A stretch of DNA of 64,000 nt from Lytechinus pictus. Taxonomy: Eukaryota. The notes under the pieces were generated by a model. It made no database searches. It was given only the letters and a program-made list of their open reading frames with translations, and was not told the origin of the DNA. This document shows, piece after piece, positions 15,355 to 28,644 of the stretch (position 1 is its first letter; each line of letters begins with the position of its first letter). The position numbers and the translations under genes are program-made. The DNA is taken from the NCBI RefSeq assembly GCF_037042905.1, contig NC_087250.1, positions 11,286,001 to 11,350,000 of the forward strand, given 5' to 3'.

Positions 15355-15740
15355 AGATAAATGCCAGTTGTGGTAACGATCTCAAAATGTTCTTTTTACA
15401 GAATCTAATATAATGACCCCCCCCTAGTTTTTGTTAGTATGAATACAAAATTGAGCTAAAGGATTTTGGAATATATTGCGTAATTGCGGAGAAATAAGCA
15501 AAATAAGCGCGGATTCTGTCACTTCCGTCGAGTCTTTATTCTAGCAATAGTAATACACAGTCCTATCTGTGTTGGCGATCTTCAGTGTGATCGTTTTTCA
15601 GCTTAGATTTCATGATTTCACCAAGTTCAGTTTATGTAACTGTACCAGATCTAGATCCACGATGATATAGTAATACTTAATTTCGTTTTACAGACTTTCT
15701 CACGAAATCAGTGTTTTACTGCAACTACTTTAATTTAGCT
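15355..15740 (+). mobile_element. TTAA-inserting non-autonomous DNA transposon (Kolobok-like MITE, ~390 bp)
   Basis: Starts ttaa|agataaatgccag and ends tttagct|ttac. It interrupts the satellite motif ctgtcaa-TTAA-gatgagg. A homologous inverted copy lies at 42864-43256. Confidence 0.75.
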
Positions 15741-17651
15741 TTACTATGAGGAAATTATAAAGAATTACAAGAACATAAAAAGAGTAAGGAATAGTTTCGA
15801 AACGCACTTTGAACTATTCGTGTGGTTTTAGAGGTTGGTCTGATTTGAAATAAGTAATTTTGGAGAATTAAAAATAAAAATGTTTTTTTTTAGTACACTA
15901 AGTACAATAAATATCAATGGATTTTTGTTCGTACTTATACTCCAGGTTAATCAAGGTGACATTACGTTGTATTGAACATATCAATTTCATAAAGAATTTT
16001 TTTACATTGATGTATTGAATAGACAGGAATCAAGCTTTACATTGATATACCTCTAAGGAATAGTCCAAAGTACATGAAAACATTGATACATGAACGTGTA
16101 CATACTTACGGGCTGTCAATTAAGATGAGGAAAAAGAGAAAGAATAACAAGAATAAAAAACCATTGGGAAATATTTCCAAAAACGTACTTCGAAACGTAC
16201 TTTAAACTATTTGTGTGGTTTTAGAGGTAGGTCTGATTTGAAATAAGTAATTTTGGAGAATTAAAAAATAAAATTGTTTTATTGTCAGTACACTAAATAT
16301 CAATATAATTTTTTTCGTACTTATACTCTGGGTTAATTAAGGTGACATTAAGTTGTATTGAACAAATCAAATTTTATTTAAAAAAATTTCCATTGATGTA
16401 TTTAATAGACAGGATTCAACCTTAATATTGACATTCCTCTAAGGAATATTCCAAAGTACAATAAAATATTAATACATGAACGTGTATACTTACCACCTGT
16501 CAAATAAGATAAGGAAAAAGAGAAAGAATAACAAGAAAAAAAAAACATTGAGGAATATTTCCAAAAACGTACTTCAAAATGTACTTGGAACTATTTGTAT
16601 GGTTTTACAGGTTGGTCTGATTTAAAACAATTAATTTTGGAGAATTAAAAAATAAAATTGTTTCATTGTCAGTACACTAAATATCAATATAATTTTTTTC
16701 GTACTTATACTTCAGGTAAAGCAAGGTGACTGTTCGTTCTGTTTAATATATCTGATATCATGAAGGAATCTTTCTCGTTGATATATTGAATAGTGAGAAA
16801 TCAAGCTTATAGACATTATTTAAATAATAGTAAAAACATAAATTGAAATTAAAATGCATTAGGGTGTATATTTACATTTTGTCAATTAAGATAAGGAAAA
16901 GAAGAAAGAATAACAAGAATATAAAAAACCTAATTAGAAACGTACTTTGAACTATTCGTATGGTTTCAGAGGATGGTCTGATTAAAAAAAAAAGTAATTT
17001 TGGAGAATTAAAAAATATAATTGTTTTATTGTCAGTACACTAAACATCAATGGATTTTTGTTCGTACTTATACTCCGGGTTGATCAAGGTGACCTTACGT
17101 TGTATTGAACATATCTAAATTCATGATTTTTTTTTCATTGATATATTAAATACACAGAAATCAAACTTATTGACTTTCTTCTAAAGAATAGTCCAAAGTA
17201 CATTAAAATATGAATACCTGATCGTGTAAACTTACGCCCTGTCAAATAAGATAAGGAAAAGAGAAAGAATAACAAGAATATAAAAACATTAAGATTTTTT
17301 TTCGAAAACGTACTTTCAAACGTACTTGGAACTATTTCTATGGTTTTAGAGGTTTGTCTGATTTGAAATAAGTAATTTTAGATAATCGAAAAATATGATT
17401 ATTTTATTGTCATGACACTAAATATCAATAGTTTTGTTTTTAATTCATACTGTGGTTAATTAAGGTAACCGTACGATGTATTGAACATATCTGATTACAT
17501 AAAGAAACCTTTTCCTTACTATATTGAATAGATAGAATCAAGCTTTATATTGACATTCCTCTAAGAAATAGTCCAAACTACATTAAAATATAATATCATT
17601 TCGTTGTTTACCCACATTCTGTCAGTTAAGATGAGGAAAAGAGAAAGTATA

Positions 17652-19190
17652 ATTCACATGTTCATGTTCATGTTCAGTTCATTTATTCATTTCTAAAAAA
17701 GGCATTGAGTACAAATATATACATAGAAAAGACACTTCAAATATAAACATCAGTATTTTAAAGATGTAAACATGCAAAACACTACTTTAAATAAATACAG
17801 TGATATTCATGTATATTTAGGCCTGTGTACAGTAATAATATGAGAAACGAAAAGGAGGACTTAAAATAAAGCCAAAAGTGGCCTTGTGAGTTAAAGTCTT
17901 CTAAATTAATAAATTCTAATTTGGAGGCTACTTAGTATATACAATAATCAAAGCATATATGACAACTTAGGTTAAAAAGTAAGTGGATTAAGAAACGGAC
18001 ATACGGTATAAGATAAGCAAAAAAAAATATGGCAAATCGTCTACAATATTGTAACATAGCTGCAAAATTAGTAATATTTAGAAAAAAATATTGTTTTGAT
18101 TTTCTTTTAAAGAGGGAAAGAGACTTGCATGTGCGAACAAATTTCGGAATAGAATTCCAGATTGTTGGGAAGGTGAAACGTATAGCTTTTTGTACATATG
18201 ACTTTCCTACTTTCCATAAATGAAACAAATTACATATACGTGTAGTGTGACAATGTACAACATTTTTTTATACAAGACATTTTACTGATCTTATTTGGTA
18301 ATATTTTTTAAAGTAGAAAAACCCCAATATTGCAACTTGATATTGATAAAGGTGGAAAATATTCAAAGTATTAAGTTTACAGAATAAAAGAGTTGAGGGT
18401 GAAAGGTAATGACTGTTGGTGCATATACGAACTGCTCTCTTTTGTAATTTAAATAGTTTATCTAATTTGGATTTCATGCAATTACCCAAACAGCAATACA
18501 ATAAAGAATGTGTGATAATATTAATGAATTGTAAATAGAGAGTAATGCAGGTTTAGGAAGAAAACTTCTTAATTTGTACATAATTCCAGTACATTTCGAT
18601 ACTTTAGTAGTTAAATAGTTCATGTGTGAATCCCAATTCAAATTTTCATCAACATGAACAAAAACAAACAACTTTAGACTTAGATAATTGGATTGAATTA
18701 ATACTTAGAGTAAGATCATTACATATATTGCTTGCATTAGATAATTTGTTATGAAAGTATATAAACGAGGATTTATCAATGTTTACCACCAGTTTGCTGG
18801 CTTTAAACCATCGGGATACATGTAGTAATTCAGAATTAATGTTTTCATTTATATATTTAAAGTCTGGTTGGGTATAAAAAAGTGTAGTTATCGTCTGCAT
18901 ACATTATGAAATCAAATTTACTAGATGACATAACAATATCGTTTTCGTAAACGAGAAAAAGCAAGGGACCTAATATCGAACCTTGGGGGACTCCATGTTC
19001 TCCATAACTAAGCTATAAGAAGATGATTTATTGTTAAAGTTAGTAAATTGATAACGATTATGTAAATAATTTGTAAACCAGATAAATGGAAGCCCACGTA
19101 CACCATAATATTGTAATTTGGTTAACAAAATATTGTGATCTACTATATCAAATGCCTTGGAAAGGTCAATGAATATTCCTACTAACTCAT
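17652..19190 (-). mobile_element. LINE B, 3' part (RT pseudogene, 3' UTR and tandem-repeat tail), CR1/L2 group
   Basis: Minus-strand translation gives GIFIDLSKAFDIVDH, GVPQGSILGPLLFL, MYADD, LQKRAVRI and IWNSIP across several frameshifts. The tail reads aataaatgaactgaacatgaacatgaac at ~17655-17690. Confidence 0.9.
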
Positions 19191-19390
19191 TTAAAAGTCT
19201 TTTTGAATAAATATGTTTTCAAAGTGGATTTAAACTTAGGTGGAGAAGAGTTCTTTACATATGATGGGGTGGTATTCCAAAGTGAAGGGGCAGCATGGAC
19301 AAAGAATCGTTCTCCATAAAATTGGTCTGAACACAAGGACAATTTAAAAGATCCTTTTGAGCTGATCGAAGTTTACGAAATGGCACATAC
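19191..19390 (-). pseudogene. LINE A, C-terminal end of ORF2
   Basis: Continues LINE A from 27640 across the TTAA site (APKYLIDCLV-KYVPFRKLRS, then GERFFVHAAPSLWN and FKSTLKTYLF) to a stop at ~19191. Confidence 0.8.
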
Positions 19391-20319
19391 TTAAAGGGAT
19401 GGTCCGAGCTGAAAATATTTATATCTTAACCCTTTGCGTGCGGGCCCGCGAAACCGGATACCTCTCCCTGCGGCGGAGCCGTTTTTGTACATTGCTGATA
19501 TTTGGATCTGTGGCGGTGTTTTCCTAATCTATTGCTAATTGCACCAAACTGAAGTATTTTCAGGATTTTTAGTAAATGTAAAGATGAAAGATCAGACATT
19601 TTTCTTTCTAGAATTAAAGGTCTCGCTTCTCAAATCAACAGAATAGTTAAGAAATTTACGAGGAAAAAGTCGTGTTATTTTGTAAAATCTTCATTTTTCC
19701 CCCAAGTCAATAGGCACTGTGTACAAAATTGCGTAAGGGCAATCAGCACGCGCGGACAAGTCGGGTTCGATCGATACCGCTTTGTTGTCTGCTCTAGTGC
19801 TTTTTTCAATGCCTATTGTCACGCTACTCATGAATGGTCTCTTTACCTCCTTGTATTCAGATCATTTGCAAAGTGTATAATTACGACGATAATCCGTTTT
19901 GGGTGAAATCACAGCATACCAAATACCTTTATTTTCCAGAATGAATAAAAAAGGGTGAATATATTCCCTTGCAAGTACGATGATGATGCTGCGCAACGAA
20001 AGTCCGAAACTATATTGTGATTTTTGGCTTCTGGGCTTCAAGACGGTGGCCTCAATGTTTCACTAAAAATCGCCCTTGGTTTCTTCTTTTCATAAATTTT
20101 AGTTTGTAATAAAAAATAATTTTGTTCCTGAAGATTGCATAACAGTGTTCGATTTGTTTTCCTGTTGCAATTTCAAAGAGCGAAGGGGGTAAACATAGGC
20201 GGATCCAGCTTTTTCCGAAAGGGGGGCGCACTGCCGAGCGGCGCAAAAAAATTTGCACTTCATCGGCGCCATAAAAGAAAATTTTGAAAAAGGTGTATAT
20301 ATATATAAAAATATATACA

Positions 20320-20320
<1 letters not shown>

Positions 20321-20372
<52 letters not shown>
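20321..20372. repeat. (TA)n microsatellite
   Basis: Directly visible. Confidence 0.95.
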
Positions 20373-20375
<3 letters not shown>

Positions 20376-20804
20376 TTAAACGTTAAAACAAAGGTATTGA
20401 CAAACTGTATTTATACATTGAAAATGATATTTAGTGGTTTAAGGTCTAACAAATATACGTCTGCATGGTTGCTCCCGGTATAAGCAACGTTTTGGACTAA
20501 AATATCGAATCATCTTCATAAAACACTAGAGAAGCTGTCTTACACTAAAGGCCATAGAGGTGGCACAATGTGGAATGTGTAAAGAAGAAAAGTGACTGAC
20601 CTTTTTTTTACTAAAGCATTGGAAAATAAGATCAAAATTAAAGAATTTGCTCTACACTTTTGTATGATTCTGGGATTTCTTAAAATAACAAATTAAAGAT
20701 TTCATGACATCTAGGGGCAACTGTCCCGCCCCAGTCCACTCTGTAAGGGCATGCGATAAGCTTTGTTATTCGTTATGACCATTCAACAATAAAATGTATA
20801 ACCA

Positions 20805-22725
20805 GCTAGGTGCCGCTGATCATTCTTGACCGGCGCCGATCTAGATTTGGTTGGCAATAGGCCCTTCTTCATTATTCTACCGGTGCCGATTTAAATTTAG
20901 GTGGCGCCGGTTAAGATTCAGGAAGCGGCAATTCATAATCGACTGGCGCCGATTATTCTTGACTGGCACCGATTTGGATTTAGGTGGAGCTAATTATTCT
21001 TGATCGGCGCTGGTTAAGAACTCATGCAGGCAGCGTCGATTTTTCTTTACCGGCGCCGAGTTATAACCAGATGGCGCCGATTATTCTTGTCCGGCGCCTA
21101 TTTAGATTTAGGTGGCGCTGATTATACATCCTTGATTGGCATCGGTTAAGACTCTGGCAGTGCCGATTTTTTTCTTGACTCGCGCCGATTTATAACCAAA
21201 TAGCGCTGATTATTCTTGCCCGGCGCCGATTTAGATGTGGAGCTGATTATTCTTGATCTGCGCCGGTTAAGCCTCTGGCAGCGCCGATTTATAACCAGAT
21301 GGCGCTGATTATTCTTGTCTGGCCCCGATTTAGATTTAGGTGGCACTGATTATCCTTGATCGGCGCCGGTTAAGAACTCAGGCAGCGTTTTTGTCTCACC
21401 TGAATAGCAGAGTGAGACTATAGGCGCCGCTTTTCCGATGGCGGCGGCGGCGGCGTCAACACCAAATCTTAACCTGAGGTTAAGTTTTTGAAATGACAGC
21501 ATAACTTAGAAAGTATATGGACCTAGTTCATGAAACTTGGCCATAAGGTTAATCAAGTATTACTAAACATCCTGCCTGAGTTTCATGTCACATGAGCATG
21601 GTCAATGGTCATTTAGGGTCAATGAACTTAGACCATGTTGGGGGAATCAACATCAAAATCTTAACCTAAGGTTAAGTTTTTGAAATGTCATCATAACTTA
21701 GAAAATATATGGACCTAGTTCATGAAACTTATACATAAGGTTAATCAAGTATCACTGAACATCCTGCATGAGTTTCACGTCACATGACCAAGGTCAATGG
21801 TCATTTAGGGTCAATGAACTTTGGCCGAATTGGGGGTATCTGTCGATTTACCATCATAACTTTAAAAGTTTATAGATCTGATTCATGAAACTTAGACATA
21901 ATAGTAATCAAGTATTACTGAACATCCTGTGCAAGTTTCAGGTCACATGATCAAGGTCAAAGGTCATTTGGGGTCAATGAACTTTGGTCAAATTGGGGTA
22001 TTTGTTGAATTACCGCCATAACTTTGAAAGTGTGTTGGTCTAGTTCATAAAACTTGGACATAATAGTAATCAAGTATCACTGAACATCCTTTGCGCATTT
22101 TAGGTCACATGACCAAGGTCAAATGTCAATGAACTTTGGCCATAATGGGGGTATCTGTTGAATTACCATCATAACTTAGAAAGTTGATGAATCTTTCTCT
22201 TGAAACTTGGACATAAGAGTAATCAAGTATCACTGCACATCCTGTGCGAGTTTCAGGTCACATGATCAAGGTCAATGGTCATGTAAGGTCAATGAACTTT
22301 GGCCACGTTGGGGTATTTGTTGAATTACCATCATACATTATCTCTATAAGTGTATGGGTCTAGTTCATAAAACGTAGAAATAAGAGTAACCAAGTATCAC
22401 TGAACATCTTGTGCGAGTTATAGTAGTTTTCAAAATCAGCCCTGCTGCTATATTGAATCGCGTGATGCAGGTGAGACGGCCAGAGGCATTCCACTTGTTT
22501 TTTCTTTACCGGCGCCGATTTATAACCGAATGGCGCCGATTATTCTTGTCCAGCGCCGATTTAGATTTAGGTGGTGCTGATTATCCTTGATTGGCGCCGG
22601 TTAAGACTCTGGCAGTGTCAATTTTTCTTGACTTGCGCCGATTTATAACCAAATAGCGCTGATTATTCTTGTCCAGCTCCGATTTAGATTTAGGTGGCGC
22701 TGATTATTCTTAATTGGCACCAGTT
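20805..22725. repeat. GC-rich minisatellite of ~20-bp ggcgccgatt-cored subunits, interrupted by HINE copy 2
   Basis: Repeated ggcgccgatt/ggcgctgatt followed by attcttg, tagatttagg, tataacc or taagactc variants on both sides of 21388-22500. Confidence 0.85.
21388..22500 (+). mobile_element. Non-autonomous Helentron-like element (HINE), copy 2
   Basis: Reverse complement of 11719-12850: ttttt-gtctcacctgaat-agcag-agtgagac, (GGC)n, tandem core units, atgcaggtgagac (22465-22477), ending cttgttt inside a T tract. Confidence 0.8.
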
Positions 22726-25700
22726 TTATGCAGGCAGCGCGCGAAGTTGTTGGAAAAAAGGTAGTTTTCTTTTCTTTCCTTTATTTTTATTTTTTCAAGC
22801 GGCGCCTTTTCTTTCTTTTACTTTTTTTTTGAGCGGCGCCACTCAAATATTAGGGGGGCGCGCGCCCCCTGCGCCACCCCCCTGGATCCGCCGATGGTAA
22901 ATGTGACTCAAATCTGAAATCACACCTCCCAACGCTCTCCTCGTCTCGTTCTACGTTTCATTTTTCTATCTCCCTTTTCCCTCCAAAATAACGATACTAT
23001 ACCGATTACTGTTCGTCACAATGAGAGAAAGTAAATTTTATTATCTATTGAAATTGTAGCATAAACTTTTAGTTCATTGTTAGTTTTAGCGTTTGAACTG
23101 ATAATGCTTTTGTCGAATTTTCAGTGCAAAAATGTTCACATGGGAGAGAAAGAGAGAATGAGATGAAGAGCTTCCAAAACCTAACATGACAAATTCATTC
23201 TATAAAATGACGTGAATTTCAAATTGAGGTGGGGGACTATAGTATTCTAATTCTTTATAAGTAAATATTTTTGCAATAGCAAAAGCGCACATAATGGTTT
23301 ACATTATACCTTTTTGGTCTATTTCCTCTTTTTCCCCTTCCATTCTTTCTGTCGATTTATCATTCTCCTATACATGTATCTCGATTTGCATTTTCTATTC
23401 TTTTTTAAAATCTCACTTGCATCTTCTTCCATCCCTATGGGTATCATCACCCAGGGGGAAATTGTATTTTTTGTGAAGAAAGCACTGTCATGCTCAAGAA
23501 AATGTTCTGCATGTTTTAAATAAGTAAACATTTACTTTTTTTATTGTTACTGTCGTAATATAAAAAGCAGTATTCCTAAAAGCTTTTTGTATCGCTAAAT
23601 ACGAGAAGCATTTACTAGGTCAACCTGACGAAATACACTAATCTTCCTTTTATTCAGGGCGTTGGCTATTTGTCCCTGCTCTTTTTATAAGGAATTTGTT
23701 TGAGCGTCCGCCATGACTTTCTTTCGTTCGTTTTTAACAGAGCAGAGGATAAACGGTGTTAGTAATTCCTTTATTTTGTTTCCTTTGAAATAGAGGACAA
23801 AAATAAGAGCAATATTGGATGAGAGAATGAGAGAAAGCGGGGGGTGGGTTCAAAAGTTTTCTAGGGGCTCGTATTATATAAAATTTGTTTACAAATTTTC
23901 AATAGCACTTGAAAGCTACTGAAACCATTCTATTTGACTGGCGGATGGTAATTTTTGTTTTATTATTGCGCATTTTTCAATATAAAATGTGCATGTATAA
24001 TGTATTTATAAAACGGTATACCAATTAAGGATTTCCTCGTTTTCCCTTTTCCCTGGTTTCTAACCTGTAACTGAATGTATTATCTATCGCTTTCATTCCC
24101 TTATATCTATCGTCTTTCTTTATCCCCTCCCTTCTACACCTTTTTTCTCTAAGTTCTTCTCATTTAAATTATATCTGTATCGTCTTCTTTCTTCCCGATT
24201 TGGATTACGAGGTATATGCCTGCCCCCATGCCCTCAATCCTTTCTGATTTTTCTTCTCAGTACCTGTCATTTTACATTTCATCTAACGTCTCCCCCCCCC
24301 CCCCCTCTCTCTCTCTTAATCGGAAACGGTTCCGAGAGAATGCCTAATTTTTGGCAACTTGTATTGATCGGAGATGGTTGCATTTGTGGGCCTCTCGTCC
24401 TATTGCATCGTGGTCATCATGTCGAAAATTTGATAACGTGTGTAGATATCTTTCGCAAAAGACAATATGATGATGATCATCATCATCATCGTATAGAAAT
24501 GCACGACTAAACTATTTTTTGTGAACTTGGGGCTTAGGGTTATGGCAAGACAGAGGCCTCAATCTTTCACTGAAAGTAATTTTCTTTTTTAGATTTTTTC
24601 ATAAATTTTATGTCTCATTTAATTCGATTTCCCACGCAGATATTATAATAATAATAAAATAATCTTGTTCCTGAAGTTTGCGCATCGGTATTCGATTTGT
24701 AATATCCTGAAATTATTTCAAAGAGTTAAAAGAATAAAAGTGACTAAAATTGTAAGTCTGAAATTATACCTCCCAACTCTCTTCCTGTCACTTTCTACGT
24801 TTCTTTCTTTATCTTACTATTCCCTCAAAAAGAGCCAAGCAATTACTGAAAGTAACAGAAAGTTTTTTTTTCTTGAATAAATTATAGCATCCGCAATCAT
24901 AAGTGTATTTATTTGTTCTTTCGTTTTGTTCGATTGTCTCCTTCGTTCTATTCTATTGTCTCCTTGATTTCACAACAGAAAATAAATCATTAAAAAAAAC
25001 CATTTACAATAGTTAGAATTCATTTTTGTCTCTATCGTTTTAATCGTTCAATCTAATAGTACAGAGGCGGCGGAGTTGGTCGGTATTTTCAGTCCTCACC
25101 CCTTGCAGCAAACATGTACAAAAAATCCGAAGTCTATATAAATTTCTGATTTTTTTTCGGCCGGTCCACTCCCTCCCACATTCAGTAACGAAAGCAATTT
25201 TTTTCCCTCTATGAATCTTTTCTACCACGCTATTCGCCGGTAAAAAAAAGGGAGAAAGAAATTTGCAAAAAAAGTAGGAAATTCAAGAAAATTTGGGTCG
25301 GTATCAACCTTTTTTTTTTGGGGGGGTGTAGGTTACAAATGAATAAAAGTTTGTAGGGGGTGCCTTAGCGTAATTTATCATCATGTATCATTCTATTTCC
25401 TCCAAGTTCGCCCGAGGAAACTTTTAGTTCATTATCAGTTTTATCATTTGAAGTGATTATGTTTCTGTCAACTTTTCAATGCAAAAGTTTTCATCTGGGA
25501 TAGAAAAGGAAATAAGATGAAGAGCTTCTAAAACCTAACCTATTATAAATTCATTCTGTAAATGATATGAATTAACAAATTGTAATATTTTAGCCGCTTC
25601 ATCCCCGTCCCACAGCTCAACCCCTGTACCATAAAAAAACATTGCTGTCCCTGTATAACATCTTTTTCCAAACATTTTGGTTAAGATGCAAACCATGGTA

Positions 25701-27639
25701 AGCGCCCCAAATGCGATTTTTTTTTTATGGGGGGGTCGTAACGGGGAAAAAAGGGGCCAGGACGGTCTTTATTCTTATCTTTTCCACCGCGTTACTCGCA
25801 ATTAAAAAACAGAAAATCGGACAGAGGAGACAAACAAGCAATATATATTAGAGTGTAGGTCAGAACATTTCCATCGGGGGGAGGGGGGGGGGTCAAACAA
25901 GAACAATGATAAACAGTCATCAGTTTGGCAAGGGTCTGAGGACCGAGTTGCAACAAACAAACGTTGTGGGATTTTTTAAAGTAATCTAACCAAAAAATAA
26001 AGTCATGTTGTAATTCGTTTAAGTAGATATTCATGCATGGAATTTTAGCAAAAGCGCACTTGTCTGTTTCCCCTTTTATCACAGTATCTCATTCTCTCTC
26101 GTTATCCCTGACATTTGAACATATTTTTTCGATAATTACCCTAAATAATTATTCGTTCATCCTTATATGCATCATCACCCAGGGGAAGCGCCTTTATGTA
26201 ATATGGTCGAAAAAACAAGATTAATAAAAGCTTTTCGTATTGCTAAGTACGAAAAGCGTTCAATGGGTCATCCTGCCGATAAACACTAATCTTCCTTTTG
26301 TTCGGGGCGTTGACCATCTATATCCTGCTCTTTTCGGAAGGAATTTGCTTGAGTGGCCGCCCAGACATTCTTTTGTTCGGGTAGTGCAGATATCATGAAC
26401 TACATGGACGTTCCCATTTTGAAAAGAGCAGAAGATGAATGGTGTGCTAAACTGCTTTCTTTTCTCTTTTTTTTCATAATAGTAGACAAAAAATAATGAA
26501 AAGAAGAGGGATGATGGGGAGCGAAAAAGTTCAAAAGTGCACCAAGATCAGCTCAAAGTACTAAGACTTTTCTGAAAATGCAATCAATCGATGAAACCAA
26601 GGAGATATCATTCTATCTAGAGTGATATCTTCTTGATTAAACAAATAAGACGAAAATGGTGAATAAAGCGTAGCTTATTACGCGACGATCTTGCAGAAAA
26701 GATGTTAGCGTATATCTATCAGAACAATGATATGGATCAAATCACGTGATCGGAAAAAAATCACGTGATCAGGCCTTATGCGCGCGCGTACGTGCTCGTC
26801 ACAAAATTTATCCTTCCCGTCCGACTCCAACGAAAAAATCTGGTAAAGTTGAAATGATTTCCTATTTTTGGGATTTTTCCCCACGTAGCTGTATATTTTT
26901 TTCAATCTGTTATCGAAATAGGTTTATAAAGTAAATAGTGGCAGAGGTTTTAGTACATAACAATTACGAAAAAGCTGAAAAACTTCATCGAATTAAACCA
27001 AACATTTCTCGGCTTCTGTAGAAGCCCGTCGTAGCTAAGTGAATGACTCGCTGGGCTTGTGTGGAAGCCCGTCGCACGCAAAGGGTTAATATAAAAAGTA
27101 TAATTCACTGAGCAAAATGCCGAAAATTTCATCAAAATCGGATAACAAATAACAAAGTTTTTTCATTTTAAAGTTTAGCAATAATTTGTGAAAACAGTCG
27201 TCATGAATATTTATTAGGCGGGCTGATGATGTCACATCTCCACTTCTTCTTTTGTATTTTATTATATAAAATGAGGTTTATTCAAAGTTTTTCCTCCAAG
27301 AACTAGAAAAATTGGATTGACAACTGATTTAGTGCATTAGATATTTATTGCTGCAACTTATTTCATTATAAGGGAGACATATCATTCACACAAGTATGAA
27401 GTAATGAAAAATAAATGATTTTATGTAATAACATAAGGAAACAGAAGTGGAGATGTGACATCATCAGCCCACCTAATGAATATTCATGACAACTGTTTTC
27501 ACAAAATATTGCGAAACTTTAAACTTCAATAACTTTATTATTTGTTATCCGATTTTGATGATTTTTTTTGCATTTTGCTCAGTGAATTCTACTTTATGTA
27601 TTAAGATATACATATTTTCAGCCCGGACCAGCCCTTTAA

Positions 27640-28498
27640 CTAAACAATCAATAAGATATTTTGGAGCCACTGCATGGAGGCACTGATAAGTTACTTAAAC
27701 ATTACACTGGACTCGGAGCCAATGTAGTAATTTTATATAGGTGTGATAGGTGTGATGTGGGAATGTTTTTTTTAGTACGGGTGACTAGTCGTGCTGCAGA
27801 GTTTTGAATTACTTGTAATTTGTTAATTTGGGAATCGGGCATCCTATAGAGTAAACTACTGCAGTAATCTAAATGACACATTACAAGAGCCTAGACAAGC
27901 TGCTTGGTAGTCTTTGCATCTAAGAATTGACGAACTCTACCAAGTTTACATGGAGCAAAAGATGCTGATTTACATTTTGCAGAAACAAACTTGTTAATGA
28001 CCATATTTTCATCAAATATCACACCCAGGTTTCTGGCTGTATATGTGGGCATAATTGATGATGTATCAAACTTAACAGCTGGAAGTTTCATACTTCTGCG
28101 AAAATGAGATGTCAGATGTAAAATCTCTGTTTTCTGATCATTCAATTTCAGACCATTTGCTGTGGACCACTGTTTGATCTCCCTTACACATTTTTCTACT
28201 TGGGAGATTGCATCATCAATGTTACGTGGTTTAAAAGAAGCATATACTTGCGTGTCATCAGCATAACAAATCCCAGATAATCCATTACACGCTATCACAT
28301 CATGTAGAGGAGATGAGAACATGGTAAATAACAGCGGACCTACCACTGAACCTTGGGGTATGCCTATACAAGGCTTGTGAACTGAAGATTCTAACCCGTT
28401 TATTACTACTCTCTGTTTTCTTTGAGTCAAATATGATTCAAACCACTTATAAGCAAGGCCCGTAATGCCGAACCTCACTTTCAACCTCTGCAATAATA
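27640..28498 (-). pseudogene. LINE A, RT core (C-terminal half)
   Basis: ORF 27891-28544 contains GIPQGSVVGPLLF, YADDTQ, LKLNDQKTE and ARNLGVIFD. Downstream frames show DYCSS, LQVIQNSAARLV and LHWL. Confidence 0.92.
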
Positions 28499-28644
28499 AA
28501 GCAATATTGACTGGCCTGGGGACGATACGACATATATCGCCCAAACTAGATTTATATCACCCGAGTCGAAGACGAGGGTGATATAAATCTAGTGAGGGCG
28601 ATATATGTCCTTTTGCCCCCAGGCCAGTCAATATTGCTATTATT
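28492..28644. repeat. ~150-bp terminal hairpin of the Crypton element
   Basis: gcaatattgactggcctgggg...tagatttatatcaccc, loop gagtcgaagacga, gggtgatataaatcta...ccccaggccagtcaatattgc. Confidence 0.92.

Larger units (their letters stand above)
1..17652. repeat. Satellite DNA array, ~383-bp AT-rich monomer, with higher-order structure (left arm)
   Basis: Motifs such as gttcgtacttaaactccgggttaatcaaggcgac and ttcagaggttggtctgatt recur every ~383 bp. The same spurious ORF recurs at 52, 819, 1961, 4363, 5130, 6765, 7531, 8297 and 9062. Copies are near-identical to ~10 kb and more diverged beyond. Confidence 0.97.
20194..22896. mobile_element. Non-autonomous TIR element with 5-bp TSD (hAT-like; superfamily tentative)
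   Basis: TIRs cataggcggatccag / ctggatccgccgatg (1 mismatch). GTAAA is duplicated at 20189-20193 and 22897-22901. A diverged paralogous empty site lies near 24720-24760. Confidence 0.8.
19430..27085. mobile_element. Non-autonomous piggyBac-like element
   Basis: TTAA TSDs at 19426-19429 and 27086-27089, with perfect 13-bp TIRs ccctttgcgtgcg / cgcacgcaaaggg. No transposase ORF seen. Confidence 0.9.
19395..27635. mobile_element. Palindromic TTAA-flanked MITE (Kolobok-like, ~585 bp net), split by a piggyBac-like insert
   Basis: ttaa|agggatggtccgagctgaaaatat at the left and atattttcagcccggaccagccct|ttaa at the right. Long inverted arms are visible within 27090-27635. Confidence 0.85.

Noticed and set aside
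21146..21346. Basic protamine-like ORF MPPKSKSGP...
   Set aside because: Translation of the minisatellite with no independent coding evidence.
20805..22725. CRISPR-like regularly spaced ggcgccgatt repeats
   Set aside because: The spacers are themselves repeated, units are ~20 bp, there are no cas genes, and the context is eukaryotic TE.
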